From positions 1,667-65,666 of the forward strand of contig CABMIU010000013.1 of the NCBI GenBank assembly GCA_902386385.1: 64,000 nucleotides of DNA, written 5' to 3'. Position 1 is the stretch's first letter. Every line of letters begins with the position of its first letter. Shown in pieces: positions 41,050 through 50,791 of this stretch. The notes under the pieces are model-generated. The model did no database searches. It saw nothing but the letters and a program-made list of their open reading frames with translations, and was not told the DNA's origin. Source of the DNA: an uncultured archaeon. Its GTDB lineage: Archaea; Iainarchaeota; Iainarchaeia; Iainarchaeales; Iainarchaeaceae. The position numbers and the translations under genes are program-made.

Positions 41050-41771
41050 AAGGCATAATTCTGGCAGGCGGCACTGGGAGCCGTTTGCGCCCGCTGACAA
41101 CGGTAACGAACAAGCATCTGCTCCCGATTTACGACAAGCCGATGATATACTATCCGATTGAAACCCTCAAACGGGCAGGCATCAGGGACATCCTTGTCAT
41201 AACCGGGACGAGCCATGCGGGCGATGTCTTCGCCCTGCTCGGGTCAGGAAAGGATTTCGGCGTGAACTTCACATTCAGGGTGCAGGACGAGGCGGGCGGC
41301 CTGCCGCAGGCAATCGGACTCGCGAGGGAGTTCGTCGGCTCCGACAGGTTCGTTTCAATCAACGGGGACAACATCTTGTTCGATGACATCACGCCGTTTG
41401 TGAAGGCGTTTGAAAAGGGAAAGGAAAAATCCCGCGTGCTGCTGTATGAGACCACCCGCGAGGAAGCCTCAAAGGCAGGGGTCGCGGTGCTCGAAGGCGA
41501 CCGCGTCAGTAAGGTCATTGAAAAGCCGAAGGACCCTCCGACGAACTGGGTTGTTGTCGGGGTTTACATGTACACGCCGCAGGTTTTCGGGGTTATAAAA
41601 AACCTCAGGCCTTCCAAGCGCGGGGAACTTGAAATATCAGACCTCCACAACTACTACATAAAGGATGGCTCGCTTTGCGCGAGCAAGCTCACAAAGGAGT
41701 GGCTCGACGCAGGCTGTTTTGACGAGCTCCTGCGCGTGAACAAATTCGTCGGGGAAAAATCGCCGAGGTGA
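41046..41771 (+). CDS. rfbA: Glucose-1-phosphate thymidylyltransferase (short SpsI type)
   Basis: KGIILAGGTGSRLRP, NKHLLPIYDKPMIYYP, IEKP, SKRGELEI. Confidence 0.92.
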   Translation: MKGIILAGGTGSRLRPLTTVTNKHLLPIYDKPMIYYPIETLKRAGIRDILVITGTSHAGDVFALLGSGKDFGVNFTFRVQDEAGGLPQAIGLAREFVGSDRFVSINGDNILFDDITPFVKAFEKGKEKSRVLLYETTREEASKAGVAVLEGDRVSKVIEKPKDPPTNWVVVGVYMYTPQVFGVIKNLRPSKRGELEISDLHNYYIKDGSLCASKLTKEWLDAGCFDELLRVNKFVGEKSPR

Positions 41772-41927
41772 ATCCATGCGAAGAATTGATGCATTGGCCC
41801 ACTGTTGCGCACTGTACCAAAAGCCCTATTTAAACCCTAAACAGGCTTATTTCCGGCAATAGCCAGTTGATCGGCCATAAAATAATCATGGAAAAAAGCG
41901 ATTCATTGTTTATGTGAGCGTGTGCAG

Positions 41928-43418
41928 ATGAAAGTGCTGATGCTTAACCCCCCGTTCCTTTACAAATTCTCGCGCACGAGCAGGAGTCCCGCGATTTCCA
42001 GGGGCGGCTGCATATATTTCCCGATATGGATGGCCTACGCGACAGGCGTGCTCGAAAAGGAAGGCCACGAAGTGAAATTGCTCGACTGCCCTGCTTCCGG
42101 AATGAAGCTCGGGGAAGTCTTTGAAATTGCACGCAGTTGGAGACCGGACTTGATTGTTGCTGACACGGTCACTGCTTCGTTCAACAATGACGTGAAGGTT
42201 GTTGATGCCCTGAAGGAAGCTGCGCCTGATGCATTCACCCTGATGGTCGGCACCCATGTGAGCGCCCTTCCGGAGGAGAGCCTCAGGACAAGCGCGAAGA
42301 TTGATGCGGTCGCGAGGGGGGAGTATGATTTCATCGTGAGGGATTTGGCATCAGCGATTGAAAAAAAGAAACCGCTTGAAAGTGTGCGCGGAATCGTGTT
42401 CAGGGGCAAAAACGGGGCGATAAGAGAGAATCCCCTGATGCCACCCATAGAAACACCGGGCCTTGACGCGATGCCCTTTGTGAGCGAGGTTTACGCAAGG
42501 CACCTGAACATAAGGGATTATTTCTACCCTTCGGTGCTTTACCCGCAGATAACGATAATCACCGCGCGCGGCTGCCGGAACATGTGCACTTTCTGCGTCT
42601 GGCCGCAGACCCTCACCGGCAGGGCTTACAGGGCGAGGAGCGTGAAGAACGTCGTTGACGAGTTCGAGTGGATTTCAAGGAACCTGCCGCACGTGAAGGA
42701 CATAATGATTGAGGACGATACCCTCACGCAGGACAAGAAGCGCACAATAGAGCTGTGCAGGGAAATCCTGGAAAGGGGCCTGAAAATCACGTGGACGTGC
42801 AACGCGAGGGCTGACATTGACCTCGAGGCGATGCAGTGGATGAAAAAGGCGGGATGCAGGCTCATGTGCGTCGGATTCGAGAGCGCTGACCAGGAAATCC
42901 TCAAAAACATAAAGAAAGGCACGCGCATAGAAAAGATTGAGGAGTTCATGATTGATTCAAAAAAGGCCGGGCTGCTCGTGCACGGCTGCTTCATGCTGGG
43001 CAACAGGGGCGAGACAAAGGAAACAATAAAGAAAACCGTTGAGTGGGCGAAAAAGCTTTCGCCGGACACAGCGCAATTTTTCCCGCTGATGGTCTATCCC
43101 GGCACGGAAGCATTCAAATGGGCAACCGAGAACCGGTTCCTGGCAACAGCCAACTGGGACGAGTGGCTGACAAGCGAAGGTACGCACAACACCATACTAA
43201 ACACCGACAAGCTGACTGCAAAAGAGCTCGTGGAGGCATGCGACCAGGCGAGGAGGGAATTCTACATGCGGCCGGAATACATCGCGAGCAGGGTTGGCCT
43301 CATCCTGACACATCCGCGAGAGGCCCCGAGGCTCATGAAGGGCGGAAAAACGTTCCTGAAATACCTGCTCGGAATCAATCCCCTGAAAAAGGCCGCGGCT
43401 GGAAAGCAGGCAGCGTAA
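41928..43418 (+). CDS. B12-binding radical SAM protein, HpnJ-like
   Basis: LNPP..FSR.SRSPA....YFPIWMAYATG N-terminus characteristic of HpnJ-like proteins; RGCRNMCTFCVWPQT; GFES; YPGT. Confidence 0.85.
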   Translation: MKVLMLNPPFLYKFSRTSRSPAISRGGCIYFPIWMAYATGVLEKEGHEVKLLDCPASGMKLGEVFEIARSWRPDLIVADTVTASFNNDVKVVDALKEAAPDAFTLMVGTHVSALPEESLRTSAKIDAVARGEYDFIVRDLASAIEKKKPLESVRGIVFRGKNGAIRENPLMPPIETPGLDAMPFVSEVYARHLNIRDYFYPSVLYPQITIITARGCRNMCTFCVWPQTLTGRAYRARSVKNVVDEFEWISRNLPHVKDIMIEDDTLTQDKKRTIELCREILERGLKITWTCNARADIDLEAMQWMKKAGCRLMCVGFESADQEILKNIKKGTRIEKIEEFMIDSKKAGLLVHGCFMLGNRGETKETIKKTVEWAKKLSPDTAQFFPLMVYPGTEAFKWATENRFLATANWDEWLTSEGTHNTILNTDKLTAKELVEACDQARREFYMRPEYIASRVGLILTHPREAPRLMKGGKTFLKYLLGINPLKKAAAGKQAA

Positions 43419-43480
43419 AAAAAACAGGTTGTTTGAGAACCCCCTTTACGGCCAATCCGGCGAAAAGTCAAATTTAATAA

Positions 43481-44098
43481 ATGGAAAAACAATTGTTTGA
43501 CGGTATCTGCATGGGCCGTGTTGAATTCGCGCTTGAGAACCTTGACGGAAAAATCCTCGATGTCGGCTACAGCGTCGGGGGAATCCACCGGAAATTCATT
43601 GAAAAATTCGGCCGCGGAAACGTTTACGGCGTTGACATCGAGACAAAAAAAGATTCGGGCCATTACAAGCGTGCGAGCGCTGAAAAAATCCCGTTCAAAA
43701 ACGGTTTTTTCGATTCGGTTTTTGCGGGAGAGCTGATAGAGCACCTTGAAAAACCGGGAAAATTCGTTTCGGAAGCGAACAGGGTGCTTAAAAAAGGCGG
43801 GGCGCTCATCCTCACAACGCCGAACAGGGGAAGCCTAGTGAACAGGGTTTTCCGCAATTACGAAACAAAAGTGCACCTGAGCCTTTTTGATTACGCCGCA
43901 CTAAGGGGCCTGCTTGAAAAAAACGGGTTTGAAGTGAGGGAATATTTCTGCCTGCCTTATTCCGAAGAGAACGCATACGGCAGCAGGAACAAGTGGACCT
44001 TCTTTTTCAGGAACCTGCTGCACGGAGCCCTGCCTAGGGGCCTTCAGGAAGAAATGGTCGTGAAGGCTGCCAAAAAAAGCGGAACGGAAGTGAAGTGA
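43481..44098 (+). CDS. Class I SAM-dependent methyltransferase (type 11)
   Basis: ILDVG, AEKIPF, GELIEHL, LKKGGALILTTPN. Confidence 0.88.
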   Translation: MEKQLFDGICMGRVEFALENLDGKILDVGYSVGGIHRKFIEKFGRGNVYGVDIETKKDSGHYKRASAEKIPFKNGFFDSVFAGELIEHLEKPGKFVSEANRVLKKGGALILTTPNRGSLVNRVFRNYETKVHLSLFDYAALRGLLEKNGFEVREYFCLPYSEENAYGSRNKWTFFFRNLLHGALPRGLQEEMVVKAAKKSGTEVK

Positions 44099-45109
44099 AT
44101 GCTTGCAAGCGTCATTGTGCCGGCTTACAACAGCGAAAAGGCAATCACGGAATGCATAAAGGCCATAAGGTCGCAGGAACTTTCGGACGGAAAAATTGAC
44201 TTTGAAATAATTGCGGTGGATGACGGCTCTACGGATGGGACCGCGGCAGCCGCGGAAAAGGCAGGGGCAAAGGTGCTGAGGCAGCAGAACGCCGGGCCTG
44301 CAAAGGCACGGAACTTAGGGGCTAGGAATGCGAAAGGCGTGACGCTGCTGTTCACGGACGCGGACTGCGTGCCTGAAAAAAACTGGCTCCGGGAAATGCT
44401 CAAGCCATTTGCGGACAGGGACGTTGTCGGCGTCCAGGGAGCATATGCGACAAGGCAGCGCTCCCTTGTCGCGAGGTTTGTGCAGCTTGAAATAGAAGAG
44501 CGGTATGAGAGGATGCAGAAGCACGCGCAAAGCCTCGACTGGATAGGGAGCTATTCCGCCGCTTACAGGGCGAAGGATTTTTTCGGGGCAGGAGGCTTTG
44601 ACGAATCATTCCCGAAAGCTTCGGGCGAGGACCCGGAGCTGAGCTACAAGCTCGCGAAAAAGGGCAAAAAGCTCGTGTTCAATCCCTCAGCGGTCGTTTA
44701 CCACACACACCCCGATACAATCTGGAAATATTTCAGGACAAAATTTTACCGCGCATTCTACCGCATCCCGCTGTACAGCAAGCACACCGACAAGATAATT
44801 TCAGACTCATACACCACAAAATCGGTGAAGGTGCAGATTCTCGCGGGATACTTCGGCACAGCGGCAATGCTCATGGTGCCGGTGCTTTATTTATCCGGCC
44901 ACGCGTGGGTCGCAGGGACAGTACTCTCAATCAACACATTGCTTTTCATTGCGGGCAGTGCAACAATCCTGAAGTCGGCATATTTCATGTCGGGAAAAGA
45001 CCTTCCGGTTGCGGCATTCTCTATCTTAATGATTAACGTTAGGACCCTCGCATTCATGCTCGGCCTGCCGGCCGGATTCATAAGGCACGCGAAAGGGGCG
45101 TTAAAATGA
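44099..45109 (+). CDS. GT2 family glycosyltransferase
   Basis: VPAYN, DDGSTD, GPAKARN, FTDADC, GGFDE..GED; C-terminal TMs. Confidence 0.9.
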   Translation: MLASVIVPAYNSEKAITECIKAIRSQELSDGKIDFEIIAVDDGSTDGTAAAAEKAGAKVLRQQNAGPAKARNLGARNAKGVTLLFTDADCVPEKNWLREMLKPFADRDVVGVQGAYATRQRSLVARFVQLEIEERYERMQKHAQSLDWIGSYSAAYRAKDFFGAGGFDESFPKASGEDPELSYKLAKKGKKLVFNPSAVVYHTHPDTIWKYFRTKFYRAFYRIPLYSKHTDKIISDSYTTKSVKVQILAGYFGTAAMLMVPVLYLSGHAWVAGTVLSINTLLFIAGSATILKSAYFMSGKDLPVAAFSILMINVRTLAFMLGLPAGFIRHAKGALK

Positions 45110-46242
45110 AAATTGTCCATGCGGCAAACCACTTCAGCCCATGTCTCGGCGGGATTGAAAAGGTCGTAAAGGACACTGGCATGCTCCTCGCGGAACGCGG
45201 GCACGAGGTCAGTGTCGTTTGCCTTGACAGGTGCGCGAATTCCGGAGAAAAGCTGCCTGAAAAAGGCGCAGTGGGGAAGATAAAAATCTGGCGCATACCT
45301 TTCATCGACCTCAAATACTACAAGGTCGCGCCTGCGATACTGGGGAAAATAAAGGATGCGGACATCGTGCATGTGCATGGAATCGGATTCATGTCGGATT
45401 TCCTTCTTGCAACAAAGCCATTGCACAAAAAGCCGGTCGTGGTTTCCACCCATGGCGGGGTATTCCACACTGAAAGCCTAAGTTCCGCGAAAAAAATATA
45501 TTTCAGCACATTCCAGAGGGCATTGCTGAAAATGGCTGACAAAGTCATTGCAGTCAGCAGAAACGACCTGAAGCTGTTTTCCGGCATATGCAAAAACACC
45601 GTGCTGTTTGAAAATGGCATAAGCCCGCAGGAATTCACAATCGGGAAAAAAAAGCCGAACTCGTTTCTTTTCGTCGGGAGGTTCTCCTCGAACAAGAGGG
45701 TAGGGCTTCTGCTTGAAGCCTTTTCAAGGCTCAGGAAAGAGAGCTTCGCCCTGACAGTAGCGGGCAATGACTGGGAAGGCCTGCTTTCGGAATATCTGAA
45801 AAAGAACGTGCTACTTGGCATTGACACAAAAGTCAAGTATGTCGTGAACCCTTCGGATGAAGAGCTGAAGGGGCTATATGCCTCGCACGAGTTTTTTGTG
45901 TCGGCTTCACAATACGAGGGGTTCGGGATTTCGCTTGCGGAGGCAATGGCAAGCGGCTGCATACCCATGGTGCAGGACAACGAAGGCCACAAGGAAATCA
46001 TCGGGGATTCGGAATGCGGAATCCTGCTGGATTACACTGACATGAAAGGGTCCGCGGAAGCAATAGGGAAGGTAATGCTATGGGGCCCGATGAGGAAAAG
46101 GCACCTGAGGGAAAACTGCGCCCTGAGGGCGAAGGATTTCGCGTGGGGCGGGAAAATAACCGAGCTGGAAAAAATATACTCCGATGCGATAGGCAAAAAA
46201 ACAGGGGTAAAAACCGGCAAAAGCAAAGGGGCGGAAAAATGA
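45106..46242 (+). CDS. GT4 family glycosyltransferase
   Basis: GGIE, STHGG.FH, FVGR..NKR, YEGFGISLAEAMASG. Confidence 0.9.
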   Translation: MKIVHAANHFSPCLGGIEKVVKDTGMLLAERGHEVSVVCLDRCANSGEKLPEKGAVGKIKIWRIPFIDLKYYKVAPAILGKIKDADIVHVHGIGFMSDFLLATKPLHKKPVVVSTHGGVFHTESLSSAKKIYFSTFQRALLKMADKVIAVSRNDLKLFSGICKNTVLFENGISPQEFTIGKKKPNSFLFVGRFSSNKRVGLLLEAFSRLRKESFALTVAGNDWEGLLSEYLKKNVLLGIDTKVKYVVNPSDEELKGLYASHEFFVSASQYEGFGISLAEAMASGCIPMVQDNEGHKEIIGDSECGILLDYTDMKGSAEAIGKVMLWGPMRKRHLRENCALRAKDFAWGGKITELEKIYSDAIGKKTGVKTGKSKGAEK

Positions 46243-47204
46243 ACCCGGAAATAAGCGTTGTCGTGCCTGCATACAACCGGCCGGAGCTGCTAGAAAAAAC
46301 AATAACTGCGCTTGCGGGGCAATCAATGGGAAAAAATGGTTTTGAAGTGATTCTTGTTTATGGCGGAAGCAAGGAAGTTGAGGCAACCTGCAAAGCAGCA
46401 GGGAAAAAATACGTCAATTTCAGGTGCCTTGCCTCAGAAACAGAGAGCCCTGCAAGGAAAAGGAACATAGGGATTTCAGCGGCCAAGGGGGGAATTGTCG
46501 CATTTACGGATGACGACTGCATCCCGGAAAAGAACTGGCTCGAAAAATTATCTGGAAAGCTTGGTGAAAACAATGGCCTCGCGGGCATTGAGGGGTTCAC
46601 TTTCACCGAAGGCAAAAAAATGCTTTACTCCAATGCGCCTGTGAACCTCAAAGGCGGGCTTTTCCCGACGTGCAACATCGCATTCAGGAAAAATGTGCTC
46701 GAAAAGATAGGCGGCTTTGACGAGGCATACCATTTTTACCGCGAGGACACCGACCTCGCGTTCAGGGCGATGGAATTCGGGAAAATTGAGTTCTGCCCCG
46801 AAGCACGGGTTCTGCACCCGCAAAGGAAGGTGCCGCTGCTCAGGCCGGTTGAAACAATTCTACTTCTGAAGGAAGATGTGAGGCTAATGAAGAAGCAGTG
46901 GGGAAAATACTGGAAATATTTAGGAAACTCCTTTGCGAAAGAAATGGTAAAAGCGAGTATTAGTTTTATGTGGATAGTTGGCCTATACCTTATTGGAATA
47001 ATATTGTCAACCGGTTTTTCGACAATAGCGATTAGAGACATAGGCCTCTTTATAGCGGCATTCTTTGCCGCGCATTATATTATTTTCGCAAGAGGCCTTG
47101 AATTTACTATAAAACAATTAATTATTTTTTCACTCCTGAAATTTGCACATGGCATTCTATACCCGTTTGCATTAATATTCTACTGGCTAACGGTGAAAGT
47201 TTGA
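46239..47204 (+). CDS. GT2 family glycosyltransferase
   Basis: VPAYNR, FTDDDC, GGFDE..REDTDL; C-terminal TMs. Confidence 0.9.
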   Translation: MNPEISVVVPAYNRPELLEKTITALAGQSMGKNGFEVILVYGGSKEVEATCKAAGKKYVNFRCLASETESPARKRNIGISAAKGGIVAFTDDDCIPEKNWLEKLSGKLGENNGLAGIEGFTFTEGKKMLYSNAPVNLKGGLFPTCNIAFRKNVLEKIGGFDEAYHFYREDTDLAFRAMEFGKIEFCPEARVLHPQRKVPLLRPVETILLLKEDVRLMKKQWGKYWKYLGNSFAKEMVKASISFMWIVGLYLIGIILSTGFSTIAIRDIGLFIAAFFAAHYIIFARGLEFTIKQLIIFSLLKFAHGILYPFALIFYWLTVKV

Positions 47205-48265
47205 AGGCGCTCATCCTCACCTCGACAACCAGCCCGAAAGTAAAGGCCGGGGTGGAGGCGTATTCGGAACAGCTAGCGAAGGTTTTTCCCGGCTCAGAAA
47301 TAATCGGCACTGAGCGGGCGGGGAAGAATGCCTTCGAGGGCTTTCCTCCGCTGCGCGAGCCATTGCGTGCGCTTTCCGTTTGCAGGCACGCGGAAAAAGC
47401 ATGCAACATGATAAAGCCGGACATCGTGATTGCGCACGGGATGTACAGCTGGGCGTTGAGGCCGGAAAAGGTTGGGCGCCCTGTCATAAACATTTCGCAC
47501 GGCACCTTTGCGGGCCTCGCTGACAATGCCATACCAAAGGTTTCGCCTGAATATTACAGGACAAGGTTCATTTATTCGCACTTTGAAAAAACAGGGGCAA
47601 AAAACGCGGACGCGGTCGTTTCAAACTCGAAGCTCACGCAGGAGCTCAACAGGAAATATTACGGCGTCGAATCCAAGGTGATACGCAACTTCGTCGACAC
47701 CGAAATCTTCAGGCCCATTGGAAAGGAAAAAGCAAGAAAAAAGCTGGGGATAGACGATGAAGGCCGCCTGGGGCTGTTTGTGGGGCGGCAGGAATACCAG
47801 AAAGGATTTGACCTGCTCGAGGAAATCGCGGTAAAAATGCAGGGTACGAAATTCATTTCAATTACTTCGCCAATTACATCGGATGCAAAAGCGGGAAACA
47901 TCGCCGCAGTCCCCCCTGTGGGGCGGGAAGAGCTAGCATTATACTACAATGCTGCCGATTTCGTTGTTTTCCCATCGCGCTTTGAGGGATTTGGCTTCGT
48001 AATCTGCGAGGCTCTCGCGTGCAACACCCCCGTGGTTTCATCCGAAGTAGGAATTGCGCTGGAGATTGAAATTGAGGGGCTTGAAAAAGTAGGCTCGCGG
48101 AACGCAGAGGACTGGAAAAATGCAATTGGCAGGCTGCCTGAAAAATGCGATTCAGGAAAATTCATGCGGGAAAATTTCAGCACGGAAAGGTTCTCGGCAG
48201 AATTCATCGCCCTGGCGGAAACCCTGCAAAAAAAATCTATAAAAACAAGCCAATGGCAAGATTAA
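47201..48265 (+). CDS. GT4 family glycosyltransferase
   Basis: AGVE, FVGR...KG, FEGFGFVICEALACNTPVV. Confidence 0.9.
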   Translation: MKALILTSTTSPKVKAGVEAYSEQLAKVFPGSEIIGTERAGKNAFEGFPPLREPLRALSVCRHAEKACNMIKPDIVIAHGMYSWALRPEKVGRPVINISHGTFAGLADNAIPKVSPEYYRTRFIYSHFEKTGAKNADAVVSNSKLTQELNRKYYGVESKVIRNFVDTEIFRPIGKEKARKKLGIDDEGRLGLFVGRQEYQKGFDLLEEIAVKMQGTKFISITSPITSDAKAGNIAAVPPVGREELALYYNAADFVVFPSRFEGFGFVICEALACNTPVVSSEVGIALEIEIEGLEKVGSRNAEDWKNAIGRLPEKCDSGKFMRENFSTERFSAEFIALAETLQKKSIKTSQWQD

Positions 48266-48358
48266 TTAAGGCCTTGGGGCGTCGTAATATAGACTTTACA
48301 TAATGCCAATTGGCATTGGATGCAATCGAAAATCGGCATTTTTTCAGGCGGTGGAAGC

Positions 48359-49393
48359 ATGGTTGGAATGAAAAGGAAAGCTGCATTTGTTTTGTCTGCA
48401 ATGCTCATTATTTCAATTTTTTCAGGGATTGCATTCTCCGCTGCCACTGGCCTCGCCGAGCCTAAAATTTCATCCACGACACACCCAACTGCTGACTGGT
48501 CAAAGAACAACAAGCCGAGATTCACATGGGAATCGGTCGCAGGGGCGACAAAGTATGAATATTCCATGAGTGGCACTCCGGATGAAATGCCGGCATCAAT
48601 GGAAACAACCCTGCTCGAAGCCTATTTCACGAACAGCAACGACGGGGAGAAATACTTCAATGTGGCAGCATGCGATGATTCCAACTGCGGGCCTGCGGGG
48701 CATTACCTCGTAAGGATTGACGTGACGCCGCCTCTTCCGCCTGAAAATCCGGCAGGAACACCCGGGCCGGGAAGCGCGATAACACTCTCTTGGCCGGTGC
48801 CTTCTGATGCCTCAGGCATATCAGCTTACAACATTTTCAGGAACAACAAGCAGAAGACAGGAAGCAATGATTTCATGCCAAACGACGGCGGGGTGAAAAA
48901 ATTTTCATCCGACACAAATTATTTCATTGACCGCGAAGGCCTAGTTGGCGGAAAGGATTACTATTACAGGATACAGGCGGTTGACAAGGCCGGAAACATC
49001 GGGCCTGCTGGAAGAATTTTGAGGGTCACGGCGCCATTGCCTGACCAAAATGTGCCTGCGCCGCCAGCTGAACCAAAAGACACAAACTCCAACACAACCG
49101 ATTCAAATGCTCCTGCACAGCAGCCGCAGGGCAGCGTAACTCCTCCAAGCGGGGGAACAACACCGCCTGAGGGGGAAACAAGCGGCACGGCCCCGCCGAA
49201 CCCTGAAACAGGAAAGAGCTATGGTGAGCAGGAGCCGCAGCAGGGCAACGCAGGAAAAAGCCCGAACCAGGAAAATGCACAAACCGGGGACCTGACAGGC
49301 ACCGCAATATTGCTTCTGATCGCGGCAGCGGGAATCGCGGTCCTGCTTTATCCAAAAATGGAAAAGCCAAAGGAAAGGCATCATAAAGCCTGA
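48359..49393 (+). CDS. Secreted fibronectin type III-like surface protein with Pro/Thr/Gln-rich stalk and C-terminal membrane anchor
   Basis: Signal peptide MKRKAAFVLSAMLIIS; ISSTTHP, DVTPP, SGISAYNIFR, YYYRIQAVDKAGN; low-complexity linker; C-terminal TM + basic tail. Confidence 0.75.
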   Translation: MVGMKRKAAFVLSAMLIISIFSGIAFSAATGLAEPKISSTTHPTADWSKNNKPRFTWESVAGATKYEYSMSGTPDEMPASMETTLLEAYFTNSNDGEKYFNVAACDDSNCGPAGHYLVRIDVTPPLPPENPAGTPGPGSAITLSWPVPSDASGISAYNIFRNNKQKTGSNDFMPNDGGVKKFSSDTNYFIDREGLVGGKDYYYRIQAVDKAGNIGPAGRILRVTAPLPDQNVPAPPAEPKDTNSNTTDSNAPAQQPQGSVTPPSGGTTPPEGETSGTAPPNPETGKSYGEQEPQQGNAGKSPNQENAQTGDLTGTAILLLIAAAGIAVLLYPKMEKPKERHHKA

Positions 49394-49522
49394 AAGCGGC
49401 CACGCAAAGCCAGGCCACGCAGAAGGCCCGAAGTGGAAAAAGGCCAAGTGAACAATAATTCCGCCAAAAACAGTCCACAGTTCGGTTTAATTACCACTTC
49501 AAGCCTATTATTTGCGATTGAA

Positions 49523-50668
49523 ATGCACATGGCTGCAGTTGCAGGCGCGGGGCCAGCGGGCCTTGCAGCCGCAAAGAGGATACAGGAAAAAGGATGGCAG
49601 ACCGTTGTCCTCGAGGAACACCCTAAAGTCGGGGAGCCTGCCGCATGCACAGGCCTCATCAGCGCAAGCGGAGTGAACGACCTGAAGCTCAGGAAAGCGG
49701 TTGATGCCTCATTAATGAACGGCATAAAAGGCTGCCAGATATACTCGCCCAGCCACGAGATGATCGAGGTGAAGCGCAACGAAACAGTCGCTTACGTTGT
49801 TGACAGGGGGCAGTTCGACAGGGCGCTCTGCCAGGAGTCGATTGAGGCAGGCGTTGAAATCCGGCCAAGCACGAGGCTGATTGACATCAGGAATGAATCG
49901 CTTTTCGTGGAGCACAGGGGCAGGGGCGAGCTTGTAAAGGCAAGGGTTGTCGTTGGCGCTGACGGCGTGAATTCAAGGGTGCGGAAAATAATCGGCATTG
50001 ATGCGAATGCAAAGGATTTTGTCCATGCATACCAGGTAGATGTCTCTGGCAGGTTCGACCCGAGGTATGTGCAGCTTTACTTCGGGGATTATGCAAAGGG
50101 CTTTTTCGCGTGGATAGTCCCTGAAAGCGAGGAGCGTGCAAGGATAGGCCTCGCGAGCATATCCGGAAACGTGAAAAAGGACTTCGGCCTTTTCACCAGT
50201 GAAAAGAACATCACGGGCGAATTCTCGGACATGTGCTCTTCGCTCATACCTATCGGTGAGCCGCTGAAGGGCATTTCAAAGGACAACATCCTCCTTGCAG
50301 GGGACGCCGCGTTCCATACAAAGGCGACAACCGGCGGCGGAATAATAATGGGCATCGAGGCCGGAAGAATCGCGGGCGACACCATTGACGCACACTTCAA
50401 GGACAACGCACCCCTCAGCGCGTATGAAAAGAACCTCGAAAGCCTGAACAAGGAGCTGAAAATGCACTGGAAAATGAGGCAGTTCATAAACTCTCTCTCA
50501 TCGGAGCAGGTTGATTCCATGCTCAGGAAAATGCGCAGGGCAAAAGTCGGGGAATTCCTCTCGGAAGCCGGGGACATGGACAGGCCCTCGCGCTTCCTCG
50601 GCAGGATGCTCGCGAAACCTTCCTTCTGGGGCCTTTTCCCGGAAGCGGTGAAATTTCTCACGACATGA
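49523..50668 (+). CDS. Geranylgeranyl reductase family (digeranylgeranylglycerophospholipid reductase-like)
   Basis: GAGPAG, P.ACTG, DRGQFD, GADG, FFAWIVP, AGDAA...ATTGGGI. Confidence 0.88.
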   Translation: MHMAAVAGAGPAGLAAAKRIQEKGWQTVVLEEHPKVGEPAACTGLISASGVNDLKLRKAVDASLMNGIKGCQIYSPSHEMIEVKRNETVAYVVDRGQFDRALCQESIEAGVEIRPSTRLIDIRNESLFVEHRGRGELVKARVVVGADGVNSRVRKIIGIDANAKDFVHAYQVDVSGRFDPRYVQLYFGDYAKGFFAWIVPESEERARIGLASISGNVKKDFGLFTSEKNITGEFSDMCSSLIPIGEPLKGISKDNILLAGDAAFHTKATTGGGIIMGIEAGRIAGDTIDAHFKDNAPLSAYEKNLESLNKELKMHWKMRQFINSLSSEQVDSMLRKMRRAKVGEFLSEAGDMDRPSRFLGRMLAKPSFWGLFPEAVKFLTT

Positions 50669-50791
50669 AATCCAAAAGATTTCTGTGCCCTTCAATTCGT
50701 GCATTGTCAAAGCGCGGGGCTTGGAACCTGCAAACGGCCTTCGGATTCCGGATAAAGCCATAAATATAGAGTGGCCAAATCAGAGATTGTT

